This document shows positions 57,020 through 64,000 of a stretch of 64,000 nucleotides of DNA, in pieces (positions within the stretch are counted from its first letter, which is position 1; each line of letters opens with the position of its first letter). Under the pieces are notes generated by a model. That model was given only the letters and a program-made list of their open reading frames with translations, did not search any database and was not told the DNA's origin. Origin of the DNA: Candidatus Obscuribacterales bacterium (GTDB lineage Bacteria > Cyanobacteriota > Vampirovibrionia > Obscuribacterales > Obscuribacteraceae); contig CBDDIJ010000003.1 in the NCBI GenBank assembly GCA_965228855.1, positions 3,584,001 through 3,648,000 of the forward strand, read 5' to 3'. The position numbers and the translations under genes were made by a program.

Positions 57020-58675
57020 ATGACACAGCGTAAATCTCAAAAGGTAGAAATTTTCGACACAACCTTGAGAGACGGGCAACAGTGCCCGGGGGCAGGGATG
57101 AGCTTCGATAAGAACATCGAATACTTTCGTCTCGCGTGTCAGCTACAGGTCGACGTAATCGAAGCAGGCTTTCCGTCGGCAAGCAATCTTGATTTTGAGA
57201 TCGTGAACGCGATCGCAAAGGAAAACCTCAACCAGAGCTTTCAGCCGAAGATAGCTGCGCTCTGTCAATTGAGAGAAGAGCAGGTTGTGAAAACCATTCA
57301 GGCTTTGGAACCGGTTATCGCCGTCGGTAAGGGACGGCTTCACACCTACGTTCCTGTCGATCCGGAGTTGCTGGAAGCCTCACTCGGCGGGCATGCCGCC
57401 GATAAGAGCAAGATTGTAGATGATGTTTATCGCCTCGTAAAAATGGCTTACGATGCCGGTCTTGAAGTCCAGTTCAGCCCGGAAGGCTATTCCAGGATGC
57501 GTGAAAACTTCGATTTCACAACCGATTTGATTCGCGCCGCAGTTTCAGCAGGCGCGCGCGTAATCAATTGCCCGGATACCATCGGTGGTGCGTCCTCGCT
57601 TGAAGGCTCCGAGTACTTTGTCGAGAAGATGAACCAACACGCTGAGATTATCGCGCGAGAGTTTCCGGAACGCGAAGTAATCTGGTCTGTCCACTGCCAC
57701 AACGACCTTGGATTGGCTGTGCAAAACAGTATCAACGGTGTTTTCAACGGACCGGCACTTCAAATCGAAGGTTGTGTAAATGGAATCGGCGAGCGCGCCG
57801 GCAACGCGTCTCTCGAGCAGTGCATCATGATCATTCGCCAGTTCGGAGCGCAGCAAAAGCAGCCCTTCCACTGCGACTCGAATGTCGACGTCATTCAAGA
57901 GATCTCGGACTTCGTCGATCAACACATGTTGCCGCGTCAACCACACTCGCCCGTCACAGGTGAGAACGCTGCGCGTCACTCATCCGGTGGTCACACAAAT
58001 GCCATCCTCAAAAATCCAATGGCGTACCAGCCATTCGATCCACGCTCCATCGGCAAAAACATCACATTTGCTTTCGGTCCGCTCAGCGGTGGCAACCACG
58101 CCCGCTCGATTATCGAAAGCAACGGCTATATTTGCGAGGAAAACGAAAAAGCGGCTATCGCTCAGTTCATCAAAGATAAGAGCAAAGAGCGCAGAAAAGG
58201 AATCGCCGATCGCGAATTGATGCGCATCTACAATGAGTATCGCCAGCCTATGACTATTGAAACTGTCGACTACGGTCGCGAGGGAGACCGTTCTTCAGTA
58301 ACGATCATGGGTCAATTCTTCGGAGACGAAGGCCAGTACTCCGCCGACCACAGCGGACGGGACTCGGCGTTGGCAGCGTTGAAGAAATTGATCGAAACTC
58401 GATTTGGTCCATACAAAATCATCAGCCACTCAAGTCGTTCCGATTCACAAGGCGAGAACGCAAAGAGCGTCTCGCAGGTAATCGTGCAACTGGAAGATGG
58501 CGCGCAGTTCGACGGAACGGCACACGACCACGACATTGAAATTTCAGCCATGCGCGCATTGATCGATGCGGTTAACAAAGCCTACGTTTACCGGGAATAC
58601 TCGATGAAGGCGGCGGCGAAAAAGCAAGAAGAATTCGCAGCACCGGCGATGCAGCCCATTCCCCAGGCATCCTAA
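57020..58675 (+). CDS. leuA: 2-isopropylmalate synthase
   Basis: IFDTTLRDGQQCPG, IEAGFP, PDTIG, SVHCHNDLG and NGIGERAGN motifs plus a C-terminal regulatory domain. The Leu-rich leader supports a leucine role. Confidence 0.92.
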   Translation: MTQRKSQKVEIFDTTLRDGQQCPGAGMSFDKNIEYFRLACQLQVDVIEAGFPSASNLDFEIVNAIAKENLNQSFQPKIAALCQLREEQVVKTIQALEPVIAVGKGRLHTYVPVDPELLEASLGGHAADKSKIVDDVYRLVKMAYDAGLEVQFSPEGYSRMRENFDFTTDLIRAAVSAGARVINCPDTIGGASSLEGSEYFVEKMNQHAEIIAREFPEREVIWSVHCHNDLGLAVQNSINGVFNGPALQIEGCVNGIGERAGNASLEQCIMIIRQFGAQQKQPFHCDSNVDVIQEISDFVDQHMLPRQPHSPVTGENAARHSSGGHTNAILKNPMAYQPFDPRSIGKNITFAFGPLSGGNHARSIIESNGYICEENEKAAIAQFIKDKSKERRKGIADRELMRIYNEYRQPMTIETVDYGREGDRSSVTIMGQFFGDEGQYSADHSGRDSALAALKKLIETRFGPYKIISHSSRSDSQGENAKSVSQVIVQLEDGAQFDGTAHDHDIEISAMRALIDAVNKAYVYREYSMKAAAKKQEEFAAPAMQPIPQAS

Positions 58676-58864
58676 ATATCCAAAGCGGTGCGCTGTAAAG
58701 TCCGGTTTGCTTTCCAAACCGGAAGCGCCAGGGCGCGACAAGCCGGAAAAGTTTTCAGGCGCCTGTTTGGGTTTCCGCACGTATTTAAAAACAATTAGTC
58801 AAGAGCAAACATTAACGAAAGGTTGCTTTGTGTAACGAAGCAGGCACCATACGGGAAAACCGCA

Positions 58865-58892
58865 TTGACCTATTACGGGGGTCAGATATGAT
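58865..58892 (+). promoter_or_regulatory. Putative sigma70 promoter of the ilv operon
   Basis: TTGACC-16 nt-TATGAT, 58 nt upstream of the leader ATG. Confidence 0.55.
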
Positions 58893-58950
58893 GGACACAC
58901 GTCAAACACACAGGGCACCCGCCCAGGAAATAAAAGAAACGGCTAAACCC

Positions 58951-59031
58951 ATGTTCAGCGTTGCTCTTATTAACATCGTAATTATTAGCCTGGTACTGAT
59001 TCTGTACCAGCGGTGCGGGCTGCCTAGTTAG
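58951..59031 (+). CDS. ilvL: ilv operon leader peptide (IlvL-like)
   Basis: MFSVALINIVIISLVLILYQRCGLPS*: Ile/Val/Leu-rich core followed by a CG dipeptide, as in enterobacterial IlvL. Confidence 0.88.
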   Translation: MFSVALINIVIISLVLILYQRCGLPS

Positions 59032-59051
59032 AGCGAAATACTCAAGACTTC

Positions 59052-59087
59052 AGACCCCGTACCTAACGCAAAAGGTACGGGGTTTTT
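59052..59087 (+). terminator. ilv attenuator terminator
   Basis: accccgtacct-aacgcaaa-aggtacggggt followed by a T run. The antiterminator arm ggtgcggg (59012-19) can pair with cccgtacc. Confidence 0.9.
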
Positions 59088-59178
59088 GCTTAAGGACCAA
59101 ACGGTCAAAACGACAGATTCGAAGCGCGCAAGTTCAACGGACACACGGAAACCGAGACTGGAAGACGGAAAGGAACAC

Positions 59179-60858
59179 ATGGAAAGCGACCGAATAAAGA
59201 AGGGATTGAACAGAGCGCCGGCAAGAGCAATGCTCAAAGCAACCGGTCTCACTGACGCCGATCTCGAGAAACCGCTCGTCGCGGTAGCGAACACCTGGAC
59301 AGAAGCCGGTCCCTGTAATTTCCATCTCAGAGACCTCGCCCAGAAAGTCAAAGACGGCATCCGCAAAGCCGGTGGCACGCCGTTCGAATTCAACACAATC
59401 GTAGTATCCGACGGCATCTCGATGGGCACAGAAGCGATGAAAGCATCGCTCGTTTCGCGAGAAGTAGTTGCAGATTCAATAGAAGTCGCGGTTCGCGGTC
59501 ACCTTTTCGATGCGGTCGTTGCCATAGCGGGCTGCGACAAAACCATACCAGGCGCAATCATGGCGCTCGCCAGACTTGATCTCCCATCCGTTCTCCTCTA
59601 CGGTGGCTCAATCATGCCTGGACAATTCCAGGGCAAAGACGTCACCATCCAGGAAGTTTTCGAGGCAGTCGGCGCTTGTGCAGCCGGTCTTATGACTCCG
59701 GAAGACTTGAATGATTTGGAGAATAAAGCGTGTCCGGGCGCAGGCGCATGCGGAGGACAATTCACGGCAAACACTATGTCAACGGCGGCGACCTTTATGG
59801 GGATCTCGCCGTTTGGTGTAAATGAGGTTCCTGCGACTCACCCATCGAAGTTGGCTCAAGCAGAGCGTTGCGGCGAACTGGTGATGGAACTTCTAGAGAA
59901 AAATGTTCGCGTCAGCTCGGTCATGACCAAGAAAGCTTTGGAAAATGCAATCGCGTCAGTCGCGGCTACAGGCGGTTCTACCAACGCAGTTCTTCATATA
60001 ATGGCAATCGCCAGAGAACTCGGCGTCGATCTCGAACTTTCGGATTTTGACCGCATCTCAGGCGCTACGCCAATCATCGTAGACTTCAAACCGTGGGGCA
60101 GATACGTCGCCAACGATTTATACGAAGCTGGCGGCATGCGTTTAATCGCTAAAGAACTTCGGGCTGCCAATCTGATCGCTGATGAGAAAACCGTTTCCGG
60201 GAAGACTCTCTTCGAAGAAGCCGCCGAAGCAAAGGCGACCGAAGGTCAGAAGGTTGTCCGCTCAGTTGAAAACGCACTCGCTCCGCGCGGCGGTTTCGCG
60301 ATTCTCCATGGTTCGCTTGCACCGGAAGGTTGCGTAGTCAAAGTAGCTGGCAACGCCAGTCTCACTTTCAAAGGACCCGCACGCGTTTTCGACGAAGAGG
60401 ATCAAGCATTCGTCGCGGTTCAACAAGGGCTTATCACCGCCGGTGATGTCGTGGTGATAAGAAACGTCGGACCGAAAGGCGCCCCCGGCATGCCCGAGAT
60501 GCTCGCAGTAACCGGTGCGTTGATCGGAGCCGGTCTCGGCGGTCAAGTCGCATTGGTAACCGACGGAAGATTCTCGGGAGCTACCCACGGTTTCATGGTC
60601 GGACACGTCTCGCCGGAAGCGGCTCGTGGCGGGCCGATCGCCTTCATCCGCGACGGCGATGTTGTGACAATCGATGTCGAAAACAGAGTTATGAACGTCG
60701 ACGGCGACCTCGCAGCCCGAGTCAGCGGCTGGCAGGAGAAAGAACCGAAATATAAATCAGGCGTGTTCGCAAAATACGCGCAATTAGTTTCATCCGCATC
60801 GGACGGCGCGGTCACCTGGCTTCCGCAAAAGAAGAAGGTGCCGACAGGCGTCGGATGA
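59179..60858 (+). CDS. ilvD: Dihydroxy-acid dehydratase
   Basis: [41 protein letters not shown] and TDGRFSG motifs; AAGGA RBS before ATG 59179. Confidence 0.96.
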   Translation: MESDRIKKGLNRAPARAMLKATGLTDADLEKPLVAVANTWTEAGPCNFHLRDLAQKVKDGIRKAGGTPFEFNTIVVSDGISMGTEAMKASLVSREVVADSIEVAVRGHLFDAVVAIAGCDKTIPGAIMALARLDLPSVLLYGGSIMPGQFQGKDVTIQEVFEAVGACAAGLMTPEDLNDLENKACPGAGACGGQFTANTMSTAATFMGISPFGVNEVPATHPSKLAQAERCGELVMELLEKNVRVSSVMTKKALENAIASVAATGGSTNAVLHIMAIARELGVDLELSDFDRISGATPIIVDFKPWGRYVANDLYEAGGMRLIAKELRAANLIADEKTVSGKTLFEEAAEAKATEGQKVVRSVENALAPRGGFAILHGSLAPEGCVVKVAGNASLTFKGPARVFDEEDQAFVAVQQGLITAGDVVVIRNVGPKGAPGMPEMLAVTGALIGAGLGGQVALVTDGRFSGATHGFMVGHVSPEAARGGPIAFIRDGDVVTIDVENRVMNVDGDLAARVSGWQEKEPKYKSGVFAKYAQLVSSASDGAVTWLPQKKKVPTGVG

Positions 60859-60916
60859 CGCGGCAGGCGAAAACAGTTTTACACCGGAAAGTTGGAAAGC
60901 AAATAAGGAGCAAATA

Positions 60917-61987
60917 ATGGCAAAGGTTTACACAGAGAAAGACGTTGATACATCAGCACTGCAGGGCAAGAAAGTTGCCGTAGTCGGCTACGGAAGCCAG
61001 GGACGCGCGCAAGCGATGAACTTGCACGATAGCGGATTGAACGTCGTAGTTGGTTTGAGAGAAGGTGGAAAAACCTGGAAGCAAGCCAAAGAAGACGGTT
61101 TGAAAGTTGCGACGGTAGCAGAAGCCGTCAAGGACGCTGACCTCGTCGCGATTCTCACTCCCGATACATCCCAGCCAGAGCTCTACACGAAAGAAGTAGA
61201 GCCGAACTTGAAGAAAGGTGCGGCGGTTCTCTTCGCCCACGGCTTCAACGTCCACTATGGCGAAATCAAGCCGCAAACAGATGTAGACGTTGTTTTAATC
61301 GCACCCAAATCGCCCGGACGTCTGGTGCGCTCGCAATATCAAGAAGGCCGCGGAGTACCATGCCTGGTGGCAGTGCAACAAGACGCAACCGGCAACGCGT
61401 TCAAAAAAGCTCTTGCATACGCTCATGGATTGGGCGGCACCAGAGCTTCGGTTCTTGAAACCACATTCGCGGAAGAAACCGAAACAGATCTCTTCGGAGA
61501 ACAAGCAGTTCTCTGCGGTGGGGTGACGGAACTGGTCGCGGCTGGTTACGAAACGCTCGTAGAAGCAGGCTATCAGCCGGAAGTTGCATACTTCGAGTGC
61601 TTGCACGAATTGAAGTTGATCGTCGACCTTATATATGAAGGCGGCTTCGCTCGCATGCACGAATTCGTTTCCGAAACTGCCAAGTACGGCGACCTCAGCC
61701 GTGGACCGCGCGTCATCGACGCTCACGCCCGCAAGAACATCAAGGAAGTTCTCGAAGAAGTCAGAAACGGCACATTCGCTCGCGAGTGGATCGCAGAAAA
61801 CAAAGCAGGCAAGCCGAAATACAATGAATTGCTCGCAAAAGACCTCGCCCACCCGATCGAAAAGGTTGGTAAGGAACTCCGTGCAAATATGTCCTGGCTC
61901 AATCAGTCTTGCGCGGATAATGCTGCAAAGCAATCGTGCCAGTCTGAGCAGGCCCAGAAAGAAAAAGAACCAGTTGCGGCACGCTGA
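60917..61987 (+). CDS. ilvC: Ketol-acid reductoisomerase (short, class I)
   Basis: [35 protein letters not shown] and [15 protein letters not shown] motifs. Confidence 0.97.
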   Translation: MAKVYTEKDVDTSALQGKKVAVVGYGSQGRAQAMNLHDSGLNVVVGLREGGKTWKQAKEDGLKVATVAEAVKDADLVAILTPDTSQPELYTKEVEPNLKKGAAVLFAHGFNVHYGEIKPQTDVDVVLIAPKSPGRLVRSQYQEGRGVPCLVAVQQDATGNAFKKALAYAHGLGGTRASVLETTFAEETETDLFGEQAVLCGGVTELVAAGYETLVEAGYQPEVAYFECLHELKLIVDLIYEGGFARMHEFVSETAKYGDLSRGPRVIDAHARKNIKEVLEEVRNGTFAREWIAENKAGKPKYNELLAKDLAHPIEKVGKELRANMSWLNQSCADNAAKQSCQSEQAQKEKEPVAAR

Positions 61988-62109
61988 TTTTTCCAAGGAA
62001 ATTTCAGCGTTTCCGTTTAAAAACCAGGTTAGACCAGCGACAACCGCAGCGACTGAGTGAGTTTTAAACGGAAGCAAGCAACGAAACTAGCAAGAGAACT
62101 GGACGGATA

Positions 62110-63768
62110 ATGAAAGGCAGCGAAATACTCATCAAAGCGTTAGAAGCCGAAGGTGTCGACACCATCTTCGGTTACCCGGGCGGAGCAATCATGCCGGTCT
62201 ACGACGCTCTGTATGATTCGCAACTCAAACACATACTGGTTAGACACGAGCAGGCAGCAGCGCTTGCCGCCGATGCTTATGCTCGTGTCACCGGTAAGGT
62301 GGGCGTGTGCCTTGCAACTTCCGGTCCAGGAGCAACCAATTTGATCACGGGAATCGCCAATGCTTTTCTCGACTCTGTCCCAATGGTGGCAATCACCGGA
62401 CAAGTTCCAGCCGCTTACATCGGCACCGACGCATTCCAGGAAGTGGATATTTTCGGCATCTCGATGCCGGTTGTAAAACACAGCTTCCTGGTGCGTCGCA
62501 TTGAAGACCTTGCAGACACGGTAGCGAAAGCGTTCAAAATTGCACGCTCGGGTCGTCCCGGACCGGTTCTCATCGACCTTCCGAAGAATATCACCGTAGC
62601 GGACCTACCGAATCCCCAATTCAACGGCAACCAGGTCGAATTGTTGAGCAGAGGTGAAGCAAAACAGCTTGCGACTGCCAGAACCATGATTCAGGAAGCG
62701 AAGAAACCGTTGGTATACGCCGGCGGCGGTGTTCGCATAGCGGGTGCCACAGACGAGCTTCGCGCTTTCGTCGAAGCATGCGGCATGCCGTGCGTGACCA
62801 CTCTTCATGGAATCGGCTCTATTCAAGGAGATCACGAACTTTGTCTCGGCATGCTCGGCATGCATGGGACGCGTGCCGCAAATATGGCGGTTCAAGAATG
62901 CGACCTGCTCATCGCAGTCGGCGCTCGATTCGACGACCGCGTCACCGGCAAACTCGCAGAGTTCGCACCTCATGCACGTGTAGTTCACATGGATGGAGAC
63001 CCGTGCGAAGTATCAAAAATGCGCGCAGCTGATTGCGGTATCGTCGGCGATATCAAGGTTTCATTAAATTTCTTGCACGCAGAGCTTGATATCGATGAAT
63101 GGGTTTCAACCTGCATGCAGCGCAAAGAGCAATTCCAGTTTAAATACGATGCGCCTGGCGAACTCGTCTATGCTCCAAGTTTTCTCAAAGAATTGAGCGA
63201 CCGGTCCAAAGGCGAAGAAAACACGATCGTCTCCTGTGATGTCGGTCAGCACCAGATGTGGGTAGCTCAGCATGTATCATTCGACATGCCGAACAATCAC
63301 CTGACCAGTGGCGGTTTGGGCACGATGGGCTTCGGACTTCCGGCGGCAATCGGTGCCCAGCTTGCAAGCCCGGAATCGCGTGTAGTCTGCGTATCCGGAG
63401 ACGGTTCTTTCATGATGAATGTGCAGGAACTGGCAACTATCAAACGTTATAACCTGCCTATCAAAATCGTTTTATTCGACAACTCGGCACTGGGGATGGT
63501 GCGTCAGTGGCAGGAACTTTTCTTCGAAAAGCGCTACAGCGAAGTCGACCTCTCGGATAACCCGGACTTCGCCAAGGTCGCCGATGCGTTCGGAATACCA
63601 TCTTTCCGCGTAGAGAAACGCTCGGAAGTCTCAGACGCAATCACCAGAATATTGACGGAGGAAGGTCCTCTCTTCGTACACGTAATTATCGACACCGCCG
63701 CCAATGTGTGGCCTTTGGTGCCACCAGGCAAAAACAATTCTGAAATGTTGGAGGAAGCAACTGTATGA
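62110..63768 (+). CDS. ilvG: Acetohydroxyacid synthase large subunit (AHAS II-like)
   Basis: [38 protein letters not shown] and [12 protein letters not shown] motifs. Followed by a short IlvM-type subunit, hence ilvG rather than ilvB/ilvI. Confidence 0.9.
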   Translation: MKGSEILIKALEAEGVDTIFGYPGGAIMPVYDALYDSQLKHILVRHEQAAALAADAYARVTGKVGVCLATSGPGATNLITGIANAFLDSVPMVAITGQVPAAYIGTDAFQEVDIFGISMPVVKHSFLVRRIEDLADTVAKAFKIARSGRPGPVLIDLPKNITVADLPNPQFNGNQVELLSRGEAKQLATARTMIQEAKKPLVYAGGGVRIAGATDELRAFVEACGMPCVTTLHGIGSIQGDHELCLGMLGMHGTRAANMAVQECDLLIAVGARFDDRVTGKLAEFAPHARVVHMDGDPCEVSKMRAADCGIVGDIKVSLNFLHAELDIDEWVSTCMQRKEQFQFKYDAPGELVYAPSFLKELSDRSKGEENTIVSCDVGQHQMWVAQHVSFDMPNNHLTSGGLGTMGFGLPAAIGAQLASPESRVVCVSGDGSFMMNVQELATIKRYNLPIKIVLFDNSALGMVRQWQELFFEKRYSEVDLSDNPDFAKVADAFGIPSFRVEKRSEVSDAITRILTEEGPLFVHVIIDTAANVWPLVPPGKNNSEMLEEATV

Positions 63769-64000
63769 GATTCACACTAGACGTCACGATGGCAAACACC
63801 GAGGGCGCATTAGAACGCCTTCTCGGCAGACTGCGCCAACGCAACTTCACGGTGTGCGGTTTAAACGCTAACACTAGTGCAAACTTCGCCCGTATGGACG
63901 TAAAAGTTACAGTGGAAAGCACGAAAGCAATCGAGCTGGCGATCAAGCAGTTGAATAAACTGATCGACGTTGACGGAGTAGAAATACGGGCAGCAGAAGA
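63765..64000 (+). CDS. ilvM: AHAS small regulatory subunit (IlvM-like ACT domain), truncated by the window end
   Basis: ATGA overlap with the ilvG stop; [33 protein letters not shown]...[21 protein letters not shown]. Not in the ORF track. Confidence 0.88.
   Translation, partial: MRFTLDVTMANTEGALERLLGRLRQRNFTVCGLNANTSANFARMDVKVTVESTKAIELAIKQLNKLIDVDGVEIRAAE

Noticed and set aside
58701..58723. Hairpin tccggtttg/caaaccgga after leuA as an intrinsic terminator
   Set aside because: No U tract follows on the + strand, so the function is unsupported.
59086..59178. TTG-start extension of ilvD
   Set aside because: It begins inside the attenuator T tract, and an RBS supports ATG 59179.
61295..62077. 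260-aa minus-strand ORF
   Set aside because: Antisense shadow of ilvC.

Overview
Gene-dense bacterial chromosome segment (about 50% GC by eye) with no rRNA, tRNA, CRISPR array or mobile element that I can support. The protein repertoire (giant Gly-rich beta-helical protein, several Hanks-type Ser/Thr kinases, many TPR/SEL1/WG/WD-repeat proteins) is reminiscent of Melainabacteria/Vampirovibrionia (Obscuribacterales-like); this is inference, not verified. The first 55 kb are mostly accessory signalling and surface genes, plus mgtE, a CPA2 antiporter, an S41 protease, pgm, a sodium:solute symporter, an EVE protein, a desaturase and a prolyl aminopeptidase. The right end is a branched-chain amino-acid cluster (leuA; ilvD-ilvC-ilvG-ilvM). 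Most notable observations: (1) an intact-looking GH14 beta-amylase fused behind a ~540-aa toxin/effector-like N-terminus, directly upstream of pgm; (2) several signal-peptide-less proteins sharing a disordered N-terminus and a short motif at residues ~48-68, a possible export signature; (3) two complete ribosome-mediated attenuators (Leu leader; Ile/Val/Leu leader); (4) an 8 x 11-bp phased repeat array in a divergent promoter; (5) a split, apparently dead trypsin-like domain with a DUF4388-like insert; (6) an RQPP-containing leader-like ORF before the CPA2 antiporter; (7) a 50-aa ORF with a strong RBS that is missing from the ORF track.
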